Positions 1 through 10,442 are shown, counted from the first letter of the stretch. The stretch is 64,000 nucleotides of DNA from Bacteroidales bacterium (GCA_046329885.1 JAXLTU010000007.1:4957-68956), one strand, 5' to 3'. Numbers and translations: made by a program. Notes: a model not told the origin generated them from the sequence alone.

Positions 1-1
1 C

Positions 2-376
2 TACAACACCACGCAGGCTGAAACTGATGACGAAGCGACCGGTTCCTACAAGGCTTCTTCATACCAGGATTACCAGGGTGATAAACTCGTGAAGCGATTC
101 AATGCCTGGTCTTATTACAGGCTTTCCCAGCTTTCCGACAGCCATAATGTTGGCAGGGGAAGAGGCGGTGTCGAAAAGGCACTTTCTGGTCTGACAAGCA
201 GAACCCTTTGCATAGGAATAACATCTGATATCCTTTACCCTCCGGCGGAGCAGAGACTGGTTGCCGAATCAGTGCCAGACGGGAAATTCGCCGAAATAGA
301 CTCCTTCTTCGGTCACGATGGATTCCTGATCGAAACAAAGAAAGTTACCTCGCTCATAAAAGACTTTCTTTATTAA
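2..376 (+). CDS. metX: homoserine O-acetyltransferase, C-terminal part (5' end outside window)
   Basis: Frame 2 is open from base 2. The translation ...YQDYQGDKLVKRFNAWSYYRLSQLSDSHNVGRGRGG...GITSDILYPPAEQ...FFGHDGFLIE matches the conserved C-terminal third of MetX-type acyltransferases. hom and metH follow. Confidence 0.8.
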   Translation, partial: YNTTQAETDDEATGSYKASSYQDYQGDKLVKRFNAWSYYRLSQLSDSHNVGRGRGGVEKALSGLTSRTLCIGITSDILYPPAEQRLVAESVPDGKFAEIDSFFGHDGFLIETKKVTSLIKDFLY

Positions 377-412
377 GTAAACATTATTAAGAACAGATAA
401 AATTTCTATAAA

Positions 413-1609
413 ATGACACGTGAAAAATTAAGAATAGGGCTGTTTGGTTATGGTTGCGTGGGACAGGGCTTGCACGATGTTCTGAACAGTAGCAGCGGCT
501 TCAAGGCCGACATAGTCAGGATTTGTGTTAAGGACAGGAATAAGCCCAGGAGGTTGCCGATGTCGATGTTCACATTCAATAAGTTTGACATACTAAACGA
601 CGAATCAATAAACCTGATCGTCGAGCTTATTGACGACGCCGACGAGGCTTACAATATTGTCCGCGAAGCGATGTCGAAAGGCAAGAATGTCGTTACGGCA
701 AACAAGAGAATGATCGCCAATCATTTCAAGGAGCTTGTCGATCTCCAGGTTAAGCACAAAGTATCGTTATTATATGAAGCTTCGGCCGGGGCAAGCATAC
801 CCATTATAAGAAACCTCGAAGAGTATTATGATAACGAGTTGCTTTATTCGATAAGGGGCATATTAAACGGGTCGACGAATTACATTCTCACGAAAATGTA
901 CAACGAGCACATGTCGTATTCGCAGGCTTTGGGTGAAGCTGTAGACAAGGGATTCGCGGAATCTGACCCGACACTCGATGTCGAAGGTTATGATCCCAAG
1001 TTCAAATTATGCATCATTACAGGTCATGCCTACGGGCTGTTTCTTGAGCCAGAGCAGGTTTTTCATTATGGTATCAAGTCAATTTCAAAGTTTGATATTC
1101 AGTATGCCCGCGAGAAGGGTTTCAAGATAAAGCTTGTCCCTTTCGTCGGGAAGACAAGCGATAACACGATTACCAGCTTTGTTCTTCCAAGATTCATATC
1201 ATCAGACAAATACCTTTTCAATGTTGATAACGAGTATAACGGGGTGATAGCTGAAGCAGCTTTCGCTGACAAGCAGTTCTTCAGCGGCAAGGGAGCTGGT
1301 GGTCATGCAACCGGGAGCGCGGTGTTGTCCGATATATCGGCTAACAGTTACGGGTACAGGTACGAGTACAAGAAATACCAGCAGGGTACGGTAACTAAAT
1401 ATACCAGGGATCACAGGATTGAGGTTTACCTCAGGTACAAGAACGAGAAAGACAAGGATCTTTTCAATTTCGAGGAGATTTCCGAGTACTTCAGGGGCCG
1501 GACGTGCAGCTACGTGATCGGGGTAGTAAATCTCCAGAGACTTTACGAGCTGATGGAACAACTTCCCGCGATGGATGTTTTTATAATTAACACCGGGCGC
1601 AAGTTCTGA
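413..1609 (+). CDS. hom: homoserine dehydrogenase
   Basis: 398-aa intact ORF. N-terminal NAD-binding motif GLFGYGCVGQG, and a central ...ANKR...LLYEASAGASIPIIRNL... core typical of Hom. It sits between metX and metH. Confidence 0.85.
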   Translation: MTREKLRIGLFGYGCVGQGLHDVLNSSSGFKADIVRICVKDRNKPRRLPMSMFTFNKFDILNDESINLIVELIDDADEAYNIVREAMSKGKNVVTANKRMIANHFKELVDLQVKHKVSLLYEASAGASIPIIRNLEEYYDNELLYSIRGILNGSTNYILTKMYNEHMSYSQALGEAVDKGFAESDPTLDVEGYDPKFKLCIITGHAYGLFLEPEQVFHYGIKSISKFDIQYAREKGFKIKLVPFVGKTSDNTITSFVLPRFISSDKYLFNVDNEYNGVIAEAAFADKQFFSGKGAGGHATGSAVLSDISANSYGYRYEYKKYQQGTVTKYTRDHRIEVYLRYKNEKDKDLFNFEEISEYFRGRTCSYVIGVVNLQRLYELMEQLPAMDVFIINTGRKF

Positions 1610-1647
1610 TGTGAATGGTGTAAGAAGGTTAGGACCAAAAAATTGGC

Positions 1648-1655
1648 TAACTTTG
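1648..1655 (+). promoter_or_regulatory. candidate Bacteroidota -7 promoter box (TAnnTTTG) for metH
   Basis: TAACTTTG matches the TAnnTTTG consensus. It lies inside the ORF-track TTG start at 1643 and 30 nt upstream of an in-frame GTG at 1685. This favours 1685 as the true start. Confidence 0.35.
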
Positions 1656-1684
1656 CAGTCCGGAGGAAACCAAAACACGGGAAA

Positions 1685-4600
1685 GTGAGAAAAAGTCTCG
1701 AGGAAGCAGCAAAACAGAAGATACTTATCCTGGACGGTGCCATGGGCACCATGATCCAGAGGCACAAACTGGGAGAGGAAGATTTCAGGGGAAAAAGATT
1801 CTCCGGTCACCCTTCACTACAGAAGGGTAATAATGATCTCCTGGTGCTTACACGTCCTGACATAATTGGAGATATTCATCGCGAATACCTCGAAGCGGGA
1901 GCGGATATAATAACAACAAACACTTTTAACTCTAACATGATCTCGATGGCTGATTATGGCATGACAGATCTTGTGCACGAGTTAAACTATGAAGCCGCGA
2001 AGCTGGCGAAAGGAGCTGTTTCGGCATACGAGAAGAGCACCGGCACAACAGGGCATTTTGTTGCAGGAACATTGGGACCTACGAACAGAACCGCATCAAT
2101 GTCGGCCGATGTTAATGACCCCGGGGCCAGGTCAGTTAGCTTTGATGATCTGGTTGATGCTTATTCCGGTCAGGTAAGAGGTCTTATCGATGGAGGTGTG
2201 GATATCCTTCTTGTCGAGACAATTTTTGACGTGCCAAACTGCAAGGCAGCATTATTTGCCATCGACACCGTGTTCGGGCGGAAAAGGAACCAGGTTGCTT
2301 TGCTGCGGTATTCGGAACCATTACCGATGCCAGCGGCAGGACTCTCACGGGTCAGACACTCGAGGCATTCCTTGTTTCAGTATCCCATTTCGCTTTTTCA
2401 GCGTTGACTTAAATCCGTGCCCTTTGCGCGGAACAGCTGAGACCTTTCATAGAGGAACTTTCCGGGAAAACAGATTTTCACGTTTCTGTTCATCCAAATG
2501 GCCTGCCGAACCAGTTCGGCGAGTATGACCAATCGGCTGAATTCATGGCTTCGATAGTTGATGACTTCATGAAGAATGGCTGGGTGAATATTATCGGTGG
2601 TTGTTGCGGAACCACCCCTGTTCACATAAAAGCAATTGCCGCCAGGGCCAGGCTTCACGGTCCAAGGATAAGGCCGGAACTACCGAAGTACACCAGATTG
2701 AGCGGGCTGGAAGCCCTTAAAATAACTCCGGAAACCAACTTCGTCAATATAGGTGAAAGGACCAATGTATCGGGCTCGATAAAATTCGCCCGGCTCATAC
2801 GCGAGGAGAATTACTCCGAGGCACTGGCCGTTGCACGAAACCAGGTTGAGGGAGGTGCGCAGGTTATCGATATCTGCATGGACGAGGCGATGCTTGACTC
2901 GAAGAAAGCAATGGTCAGGTTCATTAACATGGTGATGTCGGAACCTGATATAGCCAGGTTGCCAATAATGATAGACTCGTCGAGATGGGACGTTATTGAA
3001 GCAGGACTGAAATGCACCCAGGGAAAATCGGTCGTTAACCTGATTAGCCTGAAAGAAGGGGAAGAAGCCTTTCTTCATCATGCACACCTGGTAAGAAAAT
3101 ATTGGTGCCGCTGCCGTTGTGATGCTGTTTGACGAGAAAGGACAGGCCGACACTTACGAAAGGAAGATTGAAGTAGCGAAAAGATCATACGACCTCCTTA
3201 CTGAAAAAGCTGATTTAACCGAGGACATAATTTTCGATCCAAACGTCCCGGCTGCTGCGACCGGTATAGAGGAACACAATAATTATGCTGTCAATTTCAT
3301 AAAAGCCACGGCGTGGATAAAGGAAAATCTTCCTCATGCAAGGGTTAGCGGTGGCATCAGCAACCTGTCATTCTCTTTCAGGGGAACAGACCAGGTAAGG
3401 GAAGCAATGCATTCCGTCTTCCTCTACCATGCCATTAAGGCAGGTCTCTGACATGGCAATTGTGAATGCCGGCATGTTGCAGGTCTACAGCGAGATACAG
3501 CCCGACTTACTCTTGCTGACAGAAGATGTTGTTCTAAACAGGAGGAAGGACGCCACCGAGCGTCTCGTGAAATTCGCTGAAGGCCTAAGGCAGAAAGACA
3601 AAAGGGAGGAAAAAGACTAACGAGTGGAGGACACTCGCGGTAGCTGAAAGGATAAAGCACGCGCTGATTCGCCGGCTCGACGAGTTTATCGAGCAGGATG
3701 TTGAGGAAGCAAGGGATCTTACCCTCGTGCGCTCAACATAATAGAAGGTCCCCTGATGGACAGCATGAACGAGGTAGGTGATTCGGTTCTGGCAAGATGT
3801 TCCTTCCGCAGGTTGTCAAGAGCGCCCGGGTGATGAAAAAGAGCTGTCGCCAGGCTAACCCCTTACAGAAAAGAAATGGAGGAGTTCAGGCAAGAGCAAT
3901 GCCGAAAAGTATTGCTGGCAACGGCTAAAGGCGATGTTCATGATATTGGCAAAAACATTGTCGGGGGTGGTTCTTTCGTGTAATAACTACGAGGTAATAG
4001 ACCTTGGCGTCATGGTCCAGGCCGACAAGATAATAGAGACGGCCATAAACGAGAAAGTCGACTGCATAGGTCTCAGCGGGCTTATAACACCTTCGCTCGA
4101 GGAAATGGTTCATGTTGCATCAGAGATGAACAGGAGGGGGCTGAGTCTGCCACTGCTTATAGGTGGTGCGACCACCTCGGAGATTCACACTGCCGTGAAG
4201 ATAGCTCCTTCATACTCTCACCCCGTGGTCCACGTAAAGGATGCATCAAAGGCAGCAGGCGTGATAGCGAACCTTCTTGACAGTTCAAACAGGGAAAAGT
4301 TTGGAGCCGAAATCTCGGCGAAATACCAGAAACTACGGGATGAGCATGGCGAGGCAAAAATGAGAAGGAACTCTATTTTTAAAGGATGCACGATCAAATG
4401 CCCTGAAGACAGACTGGGCTGCATATAAACCTTTCGCCCCGGTGAAGCCCGGTGTACATACATTACCGGCTGTTGACCTGAACAGGATATATGAATTTAT
4501 TGACTGGACCTTCTTCTTCTTCGCCTGGAAACTCAACGGGAAGTATCCTTCGATATTCACCGACCCCGTGAAGGGGGAAGAAGCCAGGAAACTATTTGAA

Positions 4601-5324
4601 GATGGTAAAAAGTACCTCGAAATAATCAGGGATAAGAAACTGATTTCCCTGTCAGGTGTCATATCCATTAAAGGGGCTGCATCGAACGGCGATGATGTAA
4701 AGATACTGAACCATGATGGTACTGATAGTGGCCGCTATACTGCATTTCTTAAGAAACCAGGAACTAAAGGAACCTGGTGTTCCAAACTTGTGCCTGTCTG
4801 ACTATATCGCCCCGGAAGGCTCCGGGATTAATGATCATATCGGAGCTTTTGTTGTAAGCGCGTCGATAGATGAGAACAAGATGAAAGAATTTGCTGATGA
4901 CGATTACGCTTCTATCATGATCAGGATATTGTCGGACAGGATAGCCGAAGCAGCTGCTGAATATGTTCATTATCTGGTGAGGACTGAGTACTGGGGCTTT
5001 GCAGCCGGTGGAAATCTTTCGCCCGAGGCAATGTTCAGGAACGAGTTTACCGGGATACGTCCGGCTCCTGGTTACCCTGCCTGCCCTGATCATACCGAGA
5101 AAGGTCCACTGTTCGAGTTACTTGAAGCTACCGAGAGGGCGGGAGTGACGCTTACTGAAAATTTTGCCATGGTGCCTGTTTCCCTGGTGCTTATATATTT
5201 GCACACCGGATCGGTATATTTTAATCTTGGAAAAATCGGGGAAGATCAGCTTTCTGATTACGCCAGGCGAAAAGGGATTAACGAGGGATGAGATTGCGCC
5301 AGGTGGCTGGCACAAAACATTTAG
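1685..5324 (+). pseudogene. metH: cobalamin-dependent methionine synthase MetH, interrupted by many 1-nt frameshifts (probably sequence errors)
   Basis: ORF fragments 1643-2407, 2190-2528, 2545-3132, 3119-3451, 3429-3620, 3934-4428, 4442-4801 and 4713-5291 carry the MetH modules in the correct order. These are Hcy-binding (ILILDGAMGTMIQ), pterin-binding ([15 protein letters not shown]), B12-binding (GDVHDIGKN, GLSGLITPSL, LLIGGATTS) and the AdoMet-activation domain. The last residues, RWLAQNI*, are read in frame at 5301-5324. Confidence 0.9.
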
Positions 5325-5329
5325 ATAAA

Positions 5330-6279
5330 ATGACAGTAATAGAATTAATAAAGAACGCGAAGGACCTCTTTCACATTCGGAGCTTCTTCCTCCACTGAAG
5401 GGGCATAGCATAGACAGGATCTACGCCGCCATCGACAGGCTTATCGAGTTCAACCCGGCATATATCAATTTCACAACTCACAGGAACGAGATAATATACA
5501 AGGAACGTCCAGATGGACTTCTCGAGAAAGAGTGGTGAGGCTCAGACCTGGTACGATAGCCCTGGCAGCAGCCGTGAAATACAATGACATAACGGTTGTT
5601 CCGCATATTCTTTGTGGCGGATTCACGAAGGAGGAGACCGAGAATGTTCTCATCGAGATGAGTTTCTCGGTATAAACGACGTGCTTGCTCTCAGGGGGAT
5701 CCTCAGAAAGGAGCCGTTCATTCATCCCGGAAAAGAACGGTCACACACATACATCAGACCTTGTAAGGCAGATAAGCGATATGAACAAGGGGATCTATCT
5801 CGAGGAAGAGCTTGAGAATGCAAAGCCTCGAACTTCTGCATCGGTGTTGCCGGTTATCCCGAGAAGCATTTTGAAGCACCTTACAGGCAGATCGACCTGA
5901 GATAATCTCAAGGTCAAGATAGATGCCGGGATGAGTACATCGTAACACAGATGTTCTTCAATAACGATGCGTTTCGCCGTTTCAGGACCGAGTGCGAGAA
6001 GATGGGAATAAATGTTCCTGTTATACCGGGAATAAAGCCTACTTTCTGGCCCTGAATGATATTAAACTATTGCCCCAGACCTTTCATATAGACCTGCCAA
6101 ACGATTTGTTCAACGCTGTAAGGAAGTGCAAGACAGACGCAGAAGCCAGGGAGGTTGGGATTGAATGGGCAGTGATGCAGTCAAAGGAGCTAATCAAACT
6201 AGGAGTACCTGGTATTCATCATTATACACTTGGCAGATCCGCTGATAATATCGCCAGGATAGTAAAAGCTACTTTTTAG
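5330..6279 (+). pseudogene. metF: 5,10-methylenetetrahydrofolate reductase MetF, interrupted by several frameshifts (probably sequence errors)
   Basis: ATG at 5330 gives MTVIELIKNAK. After frame switches the sequence reads ...IDRIYAAIDRLIEFNPAYINFT..., ...VVPHILCGGFTKEETENVLIEM..., ...NGHTHTSDLVRQI... and the intact C-terminus GIEWAVMQSKELIKLGVPGIHHYTLGRS (ORF 5992-6279). All are MetF-like. Confidence 0.85.
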
Positions 6280-6319
6280 CAGGCAGTTCAGGAATCCTTT
6301 TTTGGGTCGTGTAATCTTT

Positions 6320-6480
6320 CAATAGTCAATGGCTTCAAGGCCATTCAGTAGTCAATGGCTTCGCGCCATTCAGTAGTCAATGGCTTCGCGTCATTCAATC
6401 GTAAGGACGACACCATATGGAGTTATTTCTTACCATTGAATGACCATCGAATGACAATTGAATGACCATCGAATGACCCC
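6320..6480. repeat. intergenic inverted/tandem repeat array built on the heptamer G(C/T)CATTC
   Basis: Three tandem 25-27 bp units start at 6323, 6349 and 6374 (TAGTCAATGGCTTC[AAG/GCG]nCATTCA). Each contains AATGGC...GCCATT arms. Four tandem 11-bp units lie in the opposite orientation at 6434-6477 (CATTGAATGAC, CATCGAATGAC, AATTGAATGAC, CATCGAATGAC). Arms of 16 bp at 6390-6405 and 6429-6444 match inverted at 15/16 positions, with a 23-nt spacer. Confidence 0.75.
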
Positions 6481-6513
6481 CCACGAGCAATGGTTTGGCG
6501 GTATTTCAGATTG

Positions 6514-7392
6514 TTATTTTCTGACTTCGCTGACGATCGCTCTTATATGATCGGGTGTTGTGCCACAGCAGCCACCTATTATGCAGGCGCCTGAGGAGAC
6601 CAGGGCCCTGACGTGAGATGCCATCATTCCCGGGGTTTCCCTGAATACAGTATTCCCGTCCACCAGCTCGGGGATCCCGGCATTAGCCTGGATAAGCACT
6701 GGAATCGCTTGATCAACAAGTCGTATGGCGTCGACTATTCCCTTCATGTCGGCGATGCCGTTTCCGCAGTTCGATCCAACAACATGGGCCCCGGCATCTT
6801 TCAATGCAATTACCATTTCAGCAGGAGATACACCCATCATGGTCCTGTATTCGCCCTGGATTGTTTTAGAGAACGTCATCGTTGCTGCCACAACGCAGGT
6901 GGTGTTCTCCCTTGCCGCCCTCACCGCCAGCGCTGCTTCGGTGATGTCGAGCATAGTTTCAATAATAATCATGTCAGCACCTCCTTTGGCGAGAGCGGTA
7001 ACCTGTTCGCTGAAAGTGTTGTAAAGCTCTTCCTCGGTAACATCTCCCATCAACAGCATCTTGCCTGTCGGACCGACCGAACCCGCTACAATTTTATCAC
7101 TACCCGCTGCCTCACGAGAGATAGCCGAGGCAGCTTCATTAAGCTCAACAGTCCTGTCTCCAAGTCCATACTGTGCCAGCTTGATCCTGCTTCCACCGAA
7201 GCTATTAGTCTCGATAATATCTGATCCGGCGGCAATATAACTTTTCGCGATATCGAGGACGTCGCCGCGGCGTGTTACATTCCAAAGCTCCGGGCATTCA
7301 CCACCCTGGAGTCCTTTTGCCTGGAGGAAAGTACCCCAGGCTCCATCGCTGACCAGCAATTTGCCTTTTCCAAGTTCGTCCAGCAGGTTCAT
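6514..7392 (-). CDS. stand-alone homocysteine S-methyltransferase domain protein
   Basis: 292-aa intact ORF. It carries LVSDGAWGT, IIETNSF, SNCG and a C-terminal [16 protein letters not shown], which are the Zn/Hcy-binding signature of the MetH N-terminal module and MmuM family. No pterin or B12 modules are present. Confidence 0.8.
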   Translation of the reverse strand: MNLLDELGKGKLLVSDGAWGTFLQAKGLQGGECPELWNVTRRGDVLDIAKSYIAAGSDIIETNSFGGSRIKLAQYGLGDRTVELNEAASAISREAAGSDKIVAGSVGPTGKMLLMGDVTEEELYNTFSEQVTALAKGGADMIIIETMLDITEAALAVRAARENTTCVVAATMTFSKTIQGEYRTMMGVSPAEMVIALKDAGAHVVGSNCGNGIADMKGIVDAIRLVDQAIPVLIQANAGIPELVDGNTVFRETPGMMASHVRALVSSGACIIGGCCGTTPDHIRAIVSEVRK

Positions 7393-7490
7393 GTTTCTTT
7401 TTTTTGGATAAGATTAAGGGCTCCCGGTTAGCCGTTGAGCCCTTGATAATTTAATATCTGTCGGGACAGTCAATCCATCCCGGCCAGGAT

Positions 7491-8835
7491 CTAGCTAAGC
7501 TTGAATTCCTTCTTCAGTTTGTCAACATGGTCAAGCTTTTCCCATGTGAAAAACTCAACTTTTTTCTGATATATATTCCTGCCATTCCCGTTCGCGGCTT
7601 TCGGTTTGCTACCTGGTACCTCGTAATATACATCCACGTTTGCAGTATAAGGGTCTCTTCCAAAGTGGCCGTATGAAGCTGACGGGAGGAAGATCGGGTT
7701 TTTAAGTCCGAAGCGTTTTACTATTGAGTAAGGTCTCATGTCGAATAGTTTGCTGACCTTTGAGGCAATCAGTCCGTCGGTAAGAAGGTTTCCCTTGCCG
7801 TCTTTCACGTGGGCCGTGCCGTAGGTATTCACATACAATCCAACGGGCTCGGCAACGCCTATGGCATAGGCAACCTGTATGAGGACCTTGTCGGCGATAC
7901 CTGCAGCTACCATGTTCTTGGCAATGTGCCTTGCAGCATAGGCTGCCGACCTGTCTACTTTCGACGAGTCTTTACCGGAGAATGCACCACCGCCATGAGC
8001 GCCATGACCCCGTAAGTGTCAACGATTATTTTCCTGCCGGTAAGGCCTGTGTCGCCATGAGGTCCACCTATAACGAATTTACCTGTAGGGTTAACCATCA
8101 GTTTGAAGTCATCCTTGAAGAGTTTCTGGATCCTTGAAGGGAGTTTCTTCCTGACCCTGGGGATGAGGATATTGAGAATATCTTCCCTGATCTGTTTCTG
8201 CATTGCTTTCTCGGCAGCTTTTTCAGCAGCCCCCGATTTACTCTTGGGAAGAATGAACTCGTCGTGCTGCGTGCTGATGACGATGGTATCGATGCGAGAT
8301 GGTTTGCCATTATCATCGTACTCGAGGGTGACCTGCGATTTCGAGTCGGGACGAAGGTATTTCATCTTTTTGCCTTCACGACGAATATCAGCAAGTTCCT
8401 GGAGAAGCAGTGTGAAAGCTCAACCGTTAGCGGCATGTAGTTATCCATCTCGTTGCAGGCATACCCGAACATCATACCCTGGTCGCCGGCTCCCTGCTCT
8501 TCAGGTTTCTCGCGGACAACACCCTGGCGAATGTCGCCGGATTGTTCATGTATTGTAGATACCACGCCACACGAGTCAGCATCGAACCTGTATTCAGCTT
8601 TCGTATAACCGATCTTGCGGATAACCTTCCTGGTTGTTTCCTGTACATCTACATAGCCCTCTGTCCTGACTTCTCCGCCGCAAACCACGAGTCCCGTGGT
8701 GACAAAAGTCTCGCAAGCCACTTTCGATTCCGGGTCCCATCTGAGGAACTCGTCAAGTAGAGAGTCTGATATCTGGTCGGCAACCTTGTCAGGATGCCCT
8801 TCCGATACTGATTCTGAAGTAAATAAATATCCCAT
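7491..8835 (-). pseudogene. metK: S-adenosylmethionine synthase, split by two 1-nt frameshifts (probably sequence errors)
   Basis: Three collinear fragments: 8362-8835, 7955-8365 and 7491-7913. Motifs present are [38 protein letters not shown] and, after correction, [18 protein letters not shown]. Confidence 0.9.
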
Positions 8836-9002
8836 TGGAAATGTTTTAAATTACAACTAAATAATCAGGGGGAAAATTGACTGACGGGAAGCACGATTTA
8901 CCGCGTTTTAGCATTTTTTCCCGTGGTTGCAATCAGCTCAAATCTCTCCACCCTTGTAAACGGCACAAAGCAAGTAAAAATATTCCTGATAAACAAGAAA
9001 AT

Positions 9003-9915
9003 TCAGGATGATGTAAGCTGGCGGAAAACATCCTCGAGGTTGCTTTCACGGTTACGGAGAGAAACAACTTTAATGCCGGCGCTGACTGCAAATGAGAACA
9101 GCATCGGCCTGATGTCTTCAGTGCCGTCAGCTTCTATTATCCATGTTCCGGATTTTTTGACTGCCTTCTTAACGTAAGGGAGTGACTCGAGTGTATTTTC
9201 AGCCGGGTCCCTGTCGAACTCGACCATCACTACCTGTTTCTCGTGATCAAGAACGGAATAGATATCGGATTTGTTCTCGTCAGCTATAATGGTTCCCTTG
9301 TCGATAATCATCACCCTGTTACATATGGCTTCAACCTCCTGCATGATATGGGTGGAAAGGAGTACTGTTTTGTTTTTTGCCAGCCATCATGATCAGGTTT
9401 CTGATCTCTACTATCTGGTTTGGATCGAGTCCCGTGGTGGCTTCATCAAGAATAAGAATCTCGGGATCGTGAATCAGTGCCTGGGCCAGCCCAACACGCT
9501 GGCGGTAACCTTTCGAAAGTGCACCAATTTTCTTGTTCTGTTCACGGGTCAGACCTGTTATTTCTATAATATCATTTACAGCAGCCGGTGATCTTTTTCC
9601 CATACCGTATACCGATGCCACGAACCCCAGGTATTCCCTGATATACATCTCGGGATAAAGGGGGTTATTCTCCGGAAGGTATCCTATCTTTCTTTTGAGT
9701 TCAGGGTTGTCCTCATTCATCGCTTCGCCGTTAAGGAGCACCGTGCCAGAGGAGGCCGGTATGAACCCGGTAATAATCTTCATCATTGTCGATTTCCCGG
9801 CGCCATTTGGACCAAGGAAGCCGGCAATCTCGCCGGTGGCGACACTGAACGATACATTATCGAGAGCTTTCTGACTCCCGAATAGCTTCGTCACTGATTT
9901 TACCTCTATTGACAT
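9003..9915 (-). pseudogene. gldA: gliding-motility-associated ABC transporter ATP-binding protein GldA, one frameshift in a homopolymer
   Basis: ATG at 9915 gives MSIEVKSVTKLFGSQKALDNVSF. Walker A is GPNGAGKST and the signature motif is LSKGYRQRV. The C-terminal fragment 9003-9344 continues KTVLLSTHIMQEVEAICNRV. Overall similarity to GldA is from memory. Confidence 0.7.
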
Positions 9916-10067
9916 CAACAGGATTTTGAGGCTGCTAAGATATAATTTAGGCGTCTTTAATCAAACAATACTTGAGGTTGCAGGGTCAAAAAGAAAAAAT
10001 GTTTGATTATTATAAAATAATATATTAATATTGTAATATAAAAATAGTACACCAAAACAATATTGCT

Positions 10068-10442
10068 ATGATAAATTTCGTGTTAGATCCCAAGGCCGGG
10101 GTCCCGTTTTACAGGCAAATTATTGACCAGATTAAATTCGGGATTGCCTCCGGCAACCTGAAGGCAGGAGAGCAGCTTCCGACAGTGCGCGGCTTAGCGG
10201 TAGATCTGAAGATAAATCTCAACACCGTGACCAAGGCGTACAAGGAGCTCGAGATACAGAACATTCTCGAAACGCAGCAGGGTAGTGGTACTTTCATAGG
10301 CAAGGTAAGTGTTCAGATACCTGCATCAGAAAAGAGAGGGAAACTCGAGAGCATATGTGTCGAGTTTCTGACGATAGCGCACAGCTATGGTTTCAGCAAA
10401 GAGGATATAATTAATGAACTTCAAAAAACAGATAAAAAATGA
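10068..10442 (+). CDS. GntR-family transcriptional regulator, short YtrA-like subtype
   Basis: 124 aa. Winged-HTH signature: PFYRQIIDQIKFGIASGNLKAGEQLPTVRGLAVDLKINLNTVTKAYKELE...GSGTFI. The short C-terminal tail is typical of the YtrA subfamily. Confidence 0.85.
   Translation: MINFVLDPKAGVPFYRQIIDQIKFGIASGNLKAGEQLPTVRGLAVDLKINLNTVTKAYKELEIQNILETQQGSGTFIGKVSVQIPASEKRGKLESICVEFLTIAHSYGFSKEDIINELQKTDKK

Noticed and set aside
5308-5324. TGGCAC hexamer resembling a sigma-54 -24 element just before metF
   Set aside because: The -12 position, 10 nt downstream of the GG, reads TT, not GC. The site lies inside the last MetH codons (RWLAQNI). Other TGGCAC occurrences in the window are intragenic and also lack a correctly spaced TTGC.
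6320-6480. Possible CRISPR array
   Set aside because: The units are 11-27 bp and directly abutting, with no unique spacers. They occur in both orientations, and no cas genes are present. This is a palindromic repeat cluster, not a CRISPR array.
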